Shown: one piece after another, positions 27,927 to 37,453 of the stretch | Position numbering within the stretch: position 1 is the stretch's first letter | Layout of the letters: every line of letters begins with the position of its first letter | Source of the DNA: a virus | Virus record (IMG/VR): IMGVR_UViG_3300035684_000001 | Coordinates: 96,001-160,000 of that record | DNA: 64,000 nucleotides | Reading direction: 5' to 3' (one strand) | Notes under the pieces: model-generated | Told to the model about the DNA's origin: nothing | The model's database searches: none | Seen by the model: the letters and a program-made list of their open reading frames with translations, nothing else | Translations under genes and position numbers: made by a program

Positions 27927-29518
27927 ATTTCATCCTCGTTTGCAGTTTCACGCTGAAGCAAATAATCAGCTAGACCATTGTCCCTATCGCTAGCATTTTC
28001 CGTTTCCATTGCCGTATCGACAGCCGCAACCTTTGCAGAATTTTGCTCTATTGACAGTAAAGATGCAGCTTCCCGCAAGCTAGCTTCTCGAATACGCTGC
28101 CTTGGAGATACTGCGGTTTTGCACTTGCTTAAAATTTCTTTGATCTTAGCAAAAGCAGCTTTTTTTTCATCAACGTCTACCTGTTCCAGCTCTGTCGATT
28201 CCTCTGTTGGCACAACTTCTTCGGTTTCTTCTATCTCTTCCCCGATCGTCGCTTCAATCAATTTTTCCGGTTCTGGTGCAACCAAAGCACTGATTGGGAC
28301 GATCGCCGTAGCATAAGTTGGCAGGCAGTTGGCAATCGCCTGTTCAGGAGATATTCCTAGCGCCTCTTGCTTGGCAGCTTCTTCGCCAGCACGGATTAAC
28401 TGTTGGCGAGCAGCATCGGCGACAGCGCGAACTACGGGGGCTTTAGCCAAACTTCTCGCAGCATTTGCAGCAGCTTCCGTACCAGTAGCACCTACTTTCC
28501 CTCGCTGGTCTTGGGTGATCGCCTCCCCAACAATCCGTTCCGGTACGCCCCGCAATCTGTATCCAAAGGGAACAAGGCGGCTGCCGAGTTCTTCGCCTGA
28601 AAGATATTCCTCCCACAACAACTGGGCGATCGGGTCTGCATCGCCCGATTTTAGTTCGCGGATTGTAGCCTTGGTATACCCCTCCGGGGAATTAATGTTG
28701 ATGCACTGCTGAGCGTATATCAGTAGCTTGTAGAAAAAATCCTGTTGTTGAGTCTGGTTGACCGAACTGAGCTTTGCGGAACTTTCGTCCAATGCTTGAA
28801 CTTCAGTTGTAACGACAAGCTCTGGTTTATTTTTAACCGTGTCAAAAATCTTTTCGGCATTTGTCTTTGTCGTTAGTCGATCCTCTTGGTCAATTATATT
28901 TTCAAAGTCTTCCCCACCCCCTTTTTTGTTTATTGCTGGCTTCGGTTTTACCGATCGCCCTACTGGAGTGGGTTTGTTTTGATAAAGTCTTTCTGAATAG
29001 GTATTTTGATATGATTTGTCACCATTCGACAAATCGAGGTGATCAGATTTGACAGATCGATGTGTTCTGTTTTGACAAATGCAGAGCGGCGCACGTTTCA
29101 GTAGCTCAGCTAGCTTGGTGTAATTTACCGTGTAATATTTACACTGATCCCAGAATTGGGCTCGAAGTTTTTCGGAAATGATGAGCCCAGTTTCTTCGAG
29201 ATAATTAAAGATTCTGCGGAGCTTGGCAAAAGTAGCCCAAGTAAAATTCGACAGCCAATCTATCAGCTTCCCGTGTTCCCGACTTTTTTCTAGTTTGCGC
29301 TGGCTCGTGCAGGCGATCGGATTGCGGATGTACTTTGCGCCGTCGGGGGCGATCGTCCCTGCCATATCTGGGTTTTCGACGCACCACTGAATTTTAGAAA
29401 AGACTGTTGCGGCCTCTACGCCTACTATCTCAGCCACGTCTGGCGAGAAGAAGGAAAGTTTTTCTGTTTCTCGAACGACGTTTTGCGAATTATGTGATAT
29501 CATGGTGGTTATACACAA
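27920..29518 (-). CDS. Replication initiator (phage replisome-organiser type, winged HTH)
   Basis: FSPDVAEIVGVEAATVFSKIQW...KLRRIFNYLEETGLI...KYYTVNYTKL, followed by an iteron-bearing linker. Confidence 0.75.
   Translation of the reverse strand: MCITTMISHNSQNVVRETEKLSFFSPDVAEIVGVEAATVFSKIQWCVENPDMAGTIAPDGAKYIRNPIACTSQRKLEKSREHGKLIDWLSNFTWATFAKLRRIFNYLEETGLIISEKLRAQFWDQCKYYTVNYTKLAELLKRAPLCICQNRTHRSVKSDHLDLSNGDKSYQNTYSERLYQNKPTPVGRSVKPKPAINKKGGGEDFENIIDQEDRLTTKTNAEKIFDTVKNKPELVVTTEVQALDESSAKLSSVNQTQQQDFFYKLLIYAQQCININSPEGYTKATIRELKSGDADPIAQLLWEEYLSGEELGSRLVPFGYRLRGVPERIVGEAITQDQRGKVGATGTEAAANAARSLAKAPVVRAVADAARQQLIRAGEEAAKQEALGISPEQAIANCLPTYATAIVPISALVAPEPEKLIEATIGEEIEETEEVVPTEESTELEQVDVDEKKAAFAKIKEILSKCKTAVSPRQRIREASLREAASLLSIEQNSAKVAAVDTAMETENASDRDNGLADYLLQRETANEDEIW
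29012..29080. repeat. Three imperfect 23-bp repeats (iteron-like)
   Basis: CGAGGTGATCAGATTTGACAGAT and CGATGTGTTCTGTTTTGACAAAT are adjacent; a weaker unit ends TCGACAAAT. Confidence 0.6.
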
Positions 29519-29915
29519 AATTTTATCTTCAAGGAAGTACGACTGTCCAGGTCGCGCTTCCTATTTTTTTGAGTATAATCGATGATCGCCATTTGCGCTA
29601 GCCTTGGACGCAAAAAAACAATAACCCGCGATAACTTTCGATTAAGGGCGGGCGATCGCGTACAATTACTTTTAACACTATATTTTATTGCAATTTTGTG
29701 AGCGATAAATTAAAACTGCTTTGTGGTACAAACGAAGTTACTGAAAATAACCATAGATAATTAACGCTGTTTTGCTAAAGTGCTGGTGATCGGTGAGACA
29801 AACTTCTCTACCGGGCAATCACAATTTTCCACAATCTTTACCCCATCGCCCGCGTGATAAGAGCTTAGGCTTTTTGTTGCGGTTGTTTGAACGGTGGAGT
29901 GATCAATGGTAATAT

Positions 29916-30161
29916 TTAATCATTTACAACAAGGGAGGGATCGTCCGGAGGTATCCAAACGCCATTTGCGTCAAATAAGCAATCCACCGCTTGAGCTAAG
30001 TATGGGTTGATCGCCCGATCTTTCTCGCCGGCACCGATATCCCAAACTCCAGTCCGATCGCCCCTTTCAAGCAAAGGCTCAAGACCTATCATTTCTCGCG
30101 CTTGGTTTACGGTTATTACACGATAGAAACAAAGTGCTTCTGCTGTTGCGCGATTGCTCAT
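29916..30161 (-). CDS. Small protein with a portal C-terminal-like motif
   Basis: VITVNQAREMIGLEPLLERGD versus portal IITKNESRRRVGEKPLSEEGGD. Confidence 0.45.
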   Translation of the reverse strand: MSNRATAEALCFYRVITVNQAREMIGLEPLLERGDRTGVWDIGAGEKDRAINPYLAQAVDCLFDANGVWIPPDDPSLVVND

Positions 30162-30454
30162 GTTTTTAAAATTGAATTAATGTAACGGTAAGTTACAGCT
30201 ATAATAGCAAAAACGTCTGAATACGCCTTTTGTAACATAAATTGCTAATTATGTCAAATATTCCTTTGCTTATTACTGAAAAGTGGCGATCCAGCTCACT
30301 TTCATTGCGAATACCAGAACGTCAATTGTCTGTTGTTGTGAAATTTGACGATAATAAAGAATGTGTATATTTCTGTAAAGATGAGTACGTTGCTTTCTGA
30401 CTAATCAAAAATGGTTATTGTGTTACAGCCCCTTGTTACCCTAAGAATTAGAAA

Positions 30455-30847
30455 ATGAAAATAGTAAGATTTCGATCGCCCGAGTCGCCTGAAACCGCAC
30501 AACAGATGGCAAAAAAAGTTCAAGCACATTTGTACGACGTTATAAAAGAGGAAAATGAGCTGACATTTTCTAAATTTGATAAACAAGCTTTTGATTGCGT
30601 TATTGCTTTAGAAGGTCTTAACGAACAAGATTATTTTTTTGTTGACACTGAACTTTCCTCTGCACTTTTTTCTGGTTTTACGCAACTTAATATTTGTATA
30701 GAGATAGTTATTCAATCGTCACAAAGTAATTCTAGTATGTCTGGTCATTTTTACAATCATTTAGTTTGCAACTATTTTCAATGCTTGGGAGGTGCAAATG
30801 AATTTTTTTCGCAATCACTCCAAGGTTGGTTGGATTTATCAATTTAA
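30455..30847 (+). CDS. Hypothetical protein, paralogue family A
   Basis: AKKVQAHLYDV...LTFSKFDKQAFDCVIALEGLNEQDY. Confidence 0.7.
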   Translation: MKIVRFRSPESPETAQQMAKKVQAHLYDVIKEENELTFSKFDKQAFDCVIALEGLNEQDYFFVDTELSSALFSGFTQLNICIEIVIQSSQSNSSMSGHFYNHLVCNYFQCLGGANEFFSQSLQGWLDLSI

Positions 30848-31062
30848 TTTTGAGAGAACTAATAACAAGCTCTACACTGACACTTTTAAATCCTATATTA
30901 AGCACAAATGAAATAACTGAATTTGTTTATATAACGGATTGTATTTACAATCCTACAATACACGTTTTAAGATTTAAAAGAAATGGAGAGCTGCAATTAC
31001 ATCAATTTTTCCCAACCAGGTTAACGATTAGTTTATTTGAGAATTTTACTGAGTATTTATAA
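30826..31062 (+). CDS. Hypothetical protein
   Basis: ORF track; AT-rich. Confidence 0.4.
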   Translation: MVGFINLILRELITSSTLTLLNPILSTNEITEFVYITDCIYNPTIHVLRFKRNGELQLHQFFPTRLTISLFENFTEYL

Positions 31063-31374
31063 CCGATCGCCCCTACTTTCGCCTCCATCATCTTCAACAG
31101 TTTGCTCAATATCTACCCGATCGATATGCCCTACTCGTGTCTGCTCTTGCCTTCTTTCTTTTGACTGGGGATTGTAAGTACCGCAAGCACCTGTTAATGC
31201 TGAACCTGCAACACCAAGGGCAATCGCAAATTTTTCGGAGGACAAGTTTGTTGCAGTAATAACGTAAATAGCAACCACCGCTCCAGAAGCCGTAAGCGCT
31301 AACGGTGTGAACGATCTAACTATTTCGGCGAGCGCGTAATAATGTTCGGGCGTGTTTTTCACTTTATTTACCAC
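31057..31374 (-). CDS. Two-TM membrane protein (holin-like candidate)
   Basis: Two hydrophobic helices followed by a charged C-terminal tail. Confidence 0.5.
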   Translation of the reverse strand: MVNKVKNTPEHYYALAEIVRSFTPLALTASGAVVAIYVITATNLSSEKFAIALGVAGSALTGACGTYNPQSKERRQEQTRVGHIDRVDIEQTVEDDGGESRGDRL

Positions 31375-31475
31375 TTGGTGTTTCTATCTAAACAAGAAAA
31401 TAACAATACAGCCATTGTTAGACCCGTCAAACAAATTACTACTAAAACCTCATACCATTCCATATTAATATTCCT

Positions 31476-31874
31476 TTAATTTCCATCTGTTTTAACTAGA
31501 CTATACTTGTACTGCAACACGACGCCGCGACTGTAAATTTCATCAACCAGTTCCATTTGATAATAAATGCTTCCTACCAGCAATCTAGAATTGGGCAAAA
31601 CATCTTTATTCGTAAACCCCTCGATCGCCAGTATATAGGCAAAAATTTTTTCTGTCGTTACCCAGCCTGCGTCTGTTGGAATTCTTGACTGTTTCCGCTC
31701 GATATGACCCTGAACAGATCGCCTAGTAAATCCAACTTGTGCTTTTACCGCGTATTCAGGATTTGCTGGTTCCACAATTCCTTTTTGACATAGAAACAGT
31801 GGAGTCCCCTGCTCTAGAGAACATTGTCTAAATGCCTCCATGTCAAACCAAGGCGAGTTCATGTCTAGAACCAT
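31476..31874 (-). CDS. Probable head-closure/neck protein
   Basis: Follows the head-tail adaptor; size and beta-rich pattern fit. Confidence 0.45.
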   Translation of the reverse strand: MVLDMNSPWFDMEAFRQCSLEQGTPLFLCQKGIVEPANPEYAVKAQVGFTRRSVQGHIERKQSRIPTDAGWVTTEKIFAYILAIEGFTNKDVLPNSRLLVGSIYYQMELVDEIYSRGVVLQYKYSLVKTDGN

Positions 31875-32482
31875 AGTTTTTTCCGGTAGCGTTCCAGCGG
31901 CGACATCAAATCGTCGAGGTTGGTTGAGGATCGCTGGTTTTTGGCTTCTTTCCCCACCGCGAAAGTTTGAGAAATTCCGCCTTGCAGCCCAACGTTTATT
32001 AAATGGCGGGTGCGATCACCCAACACAACTCCTGCCATCAGTCGTCTTAATATGTTGAACATAACTTGAGGGACGATCTTCGGCAAAGGGTCGTAACCAG
32101 CGGTATAAGTTACTTTATACCGCTGACCGACAGGCGAACAGCAAAATCCGCCTACTTCAACGCTCTGACCGCCGCGCCATATAGCTTGAACTTCAATGTC
32201 TGGCTGCGGATGTCCCACAAGTGAGGGCAAAGTTGTGGTTATCCCTTTGATTTCGATTACGGGCGATCGGGAAATGCTCAGCATTCCTCGATAGTTAGCC
32301 GGCAAGACTTCCACGTACTCCTTGACCAGCAAAGATTGGTGAAGCCAGTTGTCCATTTCTTCCTGGGCGATCGTCAACCAGTTTTCCAGTTCCGGCAAAT
32401 CTGGTAAAGTCTCTAGAGAACAAAGTCGAGCTGCCAGCAATCTACTTGAAGCTTCGTCAGGTGTAAGATAAAGTTTTCGCAC
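31865..32482 (-). CDS. Head-tail adaptor (gp6/gp15-like)
   Basis: AQEEMDNWLHQSL...PVIEI...KVTYTAGYDPLP. Confidence 0.75.
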   Translation of the reverse strand: MRKLYLTPDEASSRLLAARLCSLETLPDLPELENWLTIAQEEMDNWLHQSLLVKEYVEVLPANYRGMLSISRSPVIEIKGITTTLPSLVGHPQPDIEVQAIWRGGQSVEVGGFCCSPVGQRYKVTYTAGYDPLPKIVPQVMFNILRRLMAGVVLGDRTRHLINVGLQGGISQTFAVGKEAKNQRSSTNLDDLMSPLERYRKKLWF

Positions 32483-32560
32483 AACTTGATTCCAATCGTT
32501 TCTAGTGCTAGCATACGCTAAATACTAAAAATACTTCAACCTATGCAACGGGTCTAAAAG

Positions 32561-32695
32561 CCCCTTTTGTCGTTTAAGGCGATCTCAACCCATGTTGTCG
32601 CTGGCGATTCAGTAACTACCAGCTTTCAATCTAAACCCATGCAGGGGCTCCTAGGGCCCCTTTCGTCGTTTAAGGCGATCTCAACCCATGTTGTC
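32561..32695 (+). repeat. 39-bp direct repeat (32561-32599, 32657-32695), part of a ~96-bp tandem duplication
   Basis: CCCCTTT(T/C)GTCGTTTAAGGCGATCTCAACCCATGTTGTC, 38/39 identical. Confidence 0.9.
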
Positions 32696-33041
32696 AAAAG
32701 TTCCTCATAATTTATCGCTAAGTGCTGATCAACTTGAAGTGCTATCCGAAATGGGTATTGCACCAACATCTGTCTACATTATCAAAGCTGAAACCCTCCA
32801 CCAAACGGCAGTAAGAGTTGATGGCTACACCAACGGGCATTATGTTTTTTTTCTGGAAGGTGATGCCCGCGACCACGCCATGTTTTTGAAGTATCTGTAC
32901 GGAGAAAGCTACAGCATTGTAATGCCTACGCGCTTCCGAAATATCACTATTTACGGAAGTCCGACAGAGAAGTACGTTATCCCTGCAAATTTAGTCAATT
33001 TACAATCAGCGCCGATCAGCCCCATCAACTACAGCGCCTAA
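32688..33041 (+). CDS. Hypothetical protein, paralogue of the next gene
   Basis: LSLSADQLEVLSEMGI...DGYTNGHYVFF. Confidence 0.7.
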   Translation: MLSKVPHNLSLSADQLEVLSEMGIAPTSVYIIKAETLHQTAVRVDGYTNGHYVFFLEGDARDHAMFLKYLYGESYSIVMPTRFRNITIYGSPTEKYVIPANLVNLQSAPISPINYSA

Positions 33042-33042
33042 T

Positions 33043-33360
33043 ATGCCTACAGCGACTCCAGCTTCTCTAACTCTCACCGCCGATCAAAAAGAAATTCTAG
33101 GTCAACTGGGAATCGACGTTACAAAGTTAAATTTTGTCAACAACACCGCTGTCGATCCCGGAATTCTTTGCGACGCTTATACATCGGGTCACTACCTGAT
33201 TTTTGTAGACGGACTTCAAGAACAGCACGTCAATTTTTTCAAAAAAATGTACGCGACTCAGACAATTCCAGAACTTGCAATCAAGGTTCCAGGATTGTGG
33301 GTTTACGAAACTCCATCTGCCAAGTTCAACAAACCAGAAACTAAAGTAACTGTGAATTAG
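33043..33360 (+). CDS. Hypothetical protein, paralogue of the previous gene
   Basis: LTLTADQKEILGQLGI...DAYTSGHYLIF. Confidence 0.7.
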   Translation: MPTATPASLTLTADQKEILGQLGIDVTKLNFVNNTAVDPGILCDAYTSGHYLIFVDGLQEQHVNFFKKMYATQTIPELAIKVPGLWVYETPSAKFNKPETKVTVN

Positions 33361-33433
33361 ACGCGATGCAAAATTCAATACTCACCCAAGCCGGGCTAAC
33401 CAAATTAGTCCGGCTTTTTAAATTGGAGAAAAA

Positions 33434-33856
33434 ATGACACTCGTACAAGCTCACCTCAGATTTGGTCGCGAACCCTTACAGATTCCATATCCCGAAGATT
33501 TTGAAGGGGATAAATACGACGGTGGAAATACAGACTTTGACGATGCTGAAATTTACATTTCTACTGAACCGAGATTTTTTACCCCTGACGAGATCGAAGT
33601 TGTTCAAGAGTACCTAAAAACCCTTCTTTATTCGCAAGAGTTGATTGAGACGGGCTGCATCATGATCGACGAAGACGATCCGCTCCTTGAATTCGATCAC
33701 GACCAATTAGATGCTCTCGAACAAGATCAGTCGTTGCCTCAAACTCGCAAACCGATCGGCGGTGGAACTCGCCAGTTGTTCGAGCGGGTTTTGCTGATCA
33801 GGGAATACGGCTACAGAGGTACGGGGTTTAAAGGATTACCAGGAGCTAAAGAATAA
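33434..33856 (+). CDS. Hypothetical acidic protein preceding the sheath
   Basis: GGAG RBS; stop overlaps the sheath start. Confidence 0.7.
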   Translation: MTLVQAHLRFGREPLQIPYPEDFEGDKYDGGNTDFDDAEIYISTEPRFFTPDEIEVVQEYLKTLLYSQELIETGCIMIDEDDPLLEFDHDQLDALEQDQSLPQTRKPIGGGTRQLFERVLLIREYGYRGTGFKGLPGAKE

Positions 33857-36800
33857 TGCCCAGCGCTTTGCAACAATCAATCAAAATTTACGGACCCCCA
33901 GAAGGCGCACCCGGTGTGTCTGTAATCGAGCAGCGGTCAGTAAGTATGCTCGGCGATCCTCAATTTGGCGCGATCGCCCTTTGGGGAAATTTGCGTCGGG
34001 GTCCAGTCGGTTTGCCCGTAGCTATTTCATCGAAAAAGCAGTACCTAGAACTGTTCGGCGATCCCAAAAACCCGGCGTGGCACTTGTACGAAAACAGCGC
34101 CCACCTTTGCCCGGATGCAATTGACGGTTTTTTTGCAACTTCAAGGGGTAAAGGAATTCTATTCCTGTCGCGCCTCGAAATAGATAATGCTAGACCGGCC
34201 GAAATAATTATCAAGAACCGTCAAGGTGCGGACGCACTCAGAATCACCGCCGCCAACCCAGGTCGCTGGGGCGGATACAGAAATGAAATTCCGATTTCTA
34301 CCGTTGTCGTGGCTACTTCACGGACGTTTACGCTCGTCGCACCTTCGGTAAAATCCAATGAATTCATTGGAGCTAAGGTTCGTTTTACGTCCAACTCCGG
34401 CAAAACCTACGAAATAGTTGCAAACACGGCAGCAACAGATTCTGGTGAAGTAGTCTTCACAGTAGGAGCTCAGTACGATCTTGTAGCTGATGGAATTTCG
34501 GGTCCAATTTCCATCGACGGAACAGCCAGTTACGCAACAACGAGATCGCTCTCCGGTACAATTTCTTTTCCGCTTTTGGTTAATTTATCGGGTCAGTGTA
34601 CGGCTAACCTGACTACAATTACTGGATTCTCAACCTTGTTTGTTTCCGAGTTGAAAGTAGGTGCAAACATCTATTTAAACGGCGAAGCGAGAAGGATCGA
34701 AAGCATTACTTCAGACACTACTTTAACTATCTCAGAACCCTTTAGCAGCGATGGTCGAGATTTAGTAATGCAGCGCGACAATCTCGTTGTAACAGGAGTA
34801 GGTACGGAATTTGTTTCGGAATTAAAACCAGGAGATTCAATTTATTACTCACACGATGGCGAAGAATATAGCAGAGAAATTGCTGCGATCGCCTCTGCAA
34901 CTTCTTTGACCCTTGTATCGGGTTTTGATTTTCCAATTTTAGCTGGCTCATCTGCTTACGCAGACAATCTGTGGGTGACAGGACAAAACTCGGAATACGA
35001 AATTGATATCAAGACTGGCGATGCAATTATCGATCCAAATCGCCGGGGCGAAGCTGCTACTGTAGTTGAAATTGATGCAGCCAATCAGAGGTTTAAGGTA
35101 TTCCCCCGTTTTTCTTCAAGCTTTACCGACGCCCAATTGACGAAACAGTCTCAAAAAGTGCAGGTCAAGCTGGAACAACCAGAAAACGTTGGGCTGGCAA
35201 TCGAAATTGGACAAGGAACTAAATATCCCGAAACTCATTTTTCATTGAAATGTTATTTCAATGGAACTTTGATGATTTCGGTTCCAGATGCTTCTCTAGA
35301 GAGGGAAGATCCTTATTTTGTCGAGACTATCGTCAATGACGGCAATATCGGCTACCGCACCTCCGGACAAAATTATCAAACGTGGATTGTGGTTGAGTCG
35401 TTGTGGAGTTCGACTTACACGACGGGAATACAGTCTGACGTTCGCCCCTGCAACGGTACTGGCCAAGTTTTGGAGTTGGCAGCTCAAAAACTTTATACAG
35501 TCGGTCAATTTGATTACAACGCGGTCATCGGTCGCCTGTTTGCCCCAAATCCTTACAAATATTCCCGCAACGCGCTGAGAATAAAAAATGCCAGCGCTCC
35601 TTTGACCTTAGAAGGAACGATAAGTTCCAGCGGCGTAGATGTTAGGGGTACGGGAACAATTTTCCGCAAGCAGTTGAAGCGCGGCGATTACCTTTACGAT
35701 CCGGCATCGGGAACCGTTCGCAAAATTAGGTTGATTCCGAGCGACACCGAATTAATTCTTGAAACCATGTTTCTAAAGAATGTTCGGTCAGGGACAAAAG
35801 CACTGCGCTCTGGATATCTGCTTGTAGATCAAGGTAACGATCTTACGAACTACTGTAAAGTTGGTGATCGGTTTTTGGTGTCTTACCCTGAATATTTAAA
35901 ATTTGGGTATGATGGCGACACGGCTCGTTTAACTTCCTACAACTTTACCAAATATTTCGATCTTGATCGCAACTATTTAGTAACAGCAGTTTTTGGGAGA
36001 AATGTTGGACTCGTAAGAATGGCTGTTCCCGGTGTTTCCGACATATCAACTCAAAAAGCTGGCATTGAGTATGCGTATCAAAACGCTTTTGAGTATCGAG
36101 CAGAAATACCTTCCAATATCAACAATTCAGCAGTAGCGGAAGTTTTTATCGAGCAAGATTTGGAGCGCAACAATTATATGTCTGTTGCGTTTCCTTCTTA
36201 TGGATATGTTTCCAACCCGAGGGGAACTGGCGATCGGTTTGTTTCACTTTCGGGCGACATTATGGGACTAGAAAGTGCCAAAGCAAGTTTAGCAGAAGGC
36301 TATCACCATCCCGCTGCTGGGCTTGACGCTCGTTTGTCAAGAGTAACAAAACTACCGTTTACGCCCACTCCCAGCGATGAAGCAATTTTGAATTTAGTCG
36401 GCATTCAACCGATTAAAGTTTATGCCGGCAAAGTTATTGTTTGGGGTGCTAGGTGTCCGTCTGTTGACGATATTTATACCTTTCTCCATGTCAGGCGAAT
36501 TCAGTCGAATTACCTGCGAGTGTTTATGGAAGCTAGAAGCTTCTTGCAAACACTGTTTCAGCCAAATCAACCTGAATTAGCGCAGCAAATTGTACTAATT
36601 CTCGAAAGTTTTGCGCGACGGGAATACCAGAAAGGAGTTTACACTCGATATCTTTCTTTCGATCAAGCCGTAAGAATTGATTCTTCCGGTGGGGAGTCTG
36701 GCGATTTTGACGTAGTAGTTTCAATTCTCAATGGAGAATTGAATATTTATTACGGGTACATTCCAACAGGTGTATTAGAAAGGTTGCAAATTTTTGTAGC

Positions 36801-36858
36801 CCCAGAAACAATTGTTTCTCGCGTTGGAAATAGCAGTGTAAATGCTAACTTTCTATAG
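33856..36858 (+). CDS. Contractile tail sheath protein with inserted domains
   Basis: GAPGVSVIE, G..RRGPVGLP...I.S...Y..LFG; C-terminal LN..GIQPI...G.V.VWGAR...FLHVRR. Confidence 0.9.
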   Translation: MPSALQQSIKIYGPPEGAPGVSVIEQRSVSMLGDPQFGAIALWGNLRRGPVGLPVAISSKKQYLELFGDPKNPAWHLYENSAHLCPDAIDGFFATSRGKGILFLSRLEIDNARPAEIIIKNRQGADALRITAANPGRWGGYRNEIPISTVVVATSRTFTLVAPSVKSNEFIGAKVRFTSNSGKTYEIVANTAATDSGEVVFTVGAQYDLVADGISGPISIDGTASYATTRSLSGTISFPLLVNLSGQCTANLTTITGFSTLFVSELKVGANIYLNGEARRIESITSDTTLTISEPFSSDGRDLVMQRDNLVVTGVGTEFVSELKPGDSIYYSHDGEEYSREIAAIASATSLTLVSGFDFPILAGSSAYADNLWVTGQNSEYEIDIKTGDAIIDPNRRGEAATVVEIDAANQRFKVFPRFSSSFTDAQLTKQSQKVQVKLEQPENVGLAIEIGQGTKYPETHFSLKCYFNGTLMISVPDASLEREDPYFVETIVNDGNIGYRTSGQNYQTWIVVESLWSSTYTTGIQSDVRPCNGTGQVLELAAQKLYTVGQFDYNAVIGRLFAPNPYKYSRNALRIKNASAPLTLEGTISSSGVDVRGTGTIFRKQLKRGDYLYDPASGTVRKIRLIPSDTELILETMFLKNVRSGTKALRSGYLLVDQGNDLTNYCKVGDRFLVSYPEYLKFGYDGDTARLTSYNFTKYFDLDRNYLVTAVFGRNVGLVRMAVPGVSDISTQKAGIEYAYQNAFEYRAEIPSNINNSAVAEVFIEQDLERNNYMSVAFPSYGYVSNPRGTGDRFVSLSGDIMGLESAKASLAEGYHHPAAGLDARLSRVTKLPFTPTPSDEAILNLVGIQPIKVYAGKVIVWGARCPSVDDIYTFLHVRRIQSNYLRVFMEARSFLQTLFQPNQPELAQQIVLILESFARREYQKGVYTRYLSFDQAVRIDSSGGESGDFDVVVSILNGELNIYYGYIPTGVLERLQIFVAPETIVSRVGNSSVNANFL

Positions 36859-36885
36859 TTTTTTCATTCTTGAGACTTTTTTACA

Positions 36886-37452
36886 ATGCGTAAAGCAACA
36901 TTATCTCCAAATCCGATTCCGCAAAACAAACAGCGATTTATTGTTGAAGGATTGCCAGAATGCGACCGAATTATTACTAGAGATGCAATCAATCTTGAGA
37001 TTACAACTGCCGATCGCCCGGATAAAACTAAGGTTCCAATTGGTCGAGTCAATCCCGGTGATTTTGGCATCACTTTAGACTTTGCTGACGACAAAGCCAG
37101 AAATGAATATTTGGGATGGTTTGAAATGTGCATCGATCGAGGTTCTGCTTTGCGAGCTACTAACGCTCGCACTAGGGAATTGATTGGAGCTGGTGGCGAT
37201 GTTGCATCTAGAACTTACGGGGGGGTTCCGGGTATCGATCCTAAATACAAAAAATTGGCGTCAATTATTTATCAAAGATTGTACATACAAGAACCGCCAA
37301 TTGTTTGTAAATTAATTGGCGTATTTCCGTCGTCATGCGAATTTCCGGATTACGATATGGACGGCGAAGATTTGTGTACTCTGTCTATGACGCTTTCTTA
37401 CGACGACGTTGAACCGATTGGCGATTTCAGAGCGTTTGGAAACAGTTTTTAA
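36886..37452 (+). CDS. Tail tube protein (gp19-like)
   Basis: Immediately after the sheath; C-terminal FPSSCEFPDYD.......SMTLSYD. Confidence 0.8.
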   Translation: MRKATLSPNPIPQNKQRFIVEGLPECDRIITRDAINLEITTADRPDKTKVPIGRVNPGDFGITLDFADDKARNEYLGWFEMCIDRGSALRATNARTRELIGAGGDVASRTYGGVPGIDPKYKKLASIIYQRLYIQEPPIVCKLIGVFPSSCEFPDYDMDGEDLCTLSMTLSYDDVEPIGDFRAFGNSF

Positions 37453-37453
37453 T

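Noticed and set aside
32537-32695. CRISPR mini-array
   Set aside because: Only two copies, the similarity extends into the supposed spacer (tandem duplication), and there are no cas genes.
33856-37452. Extracellular contractile injection system or tailocin
   Set aside because: Portal, protease, capsid and head-tail adaptor genes are present, so a full phage is more parsimonious.
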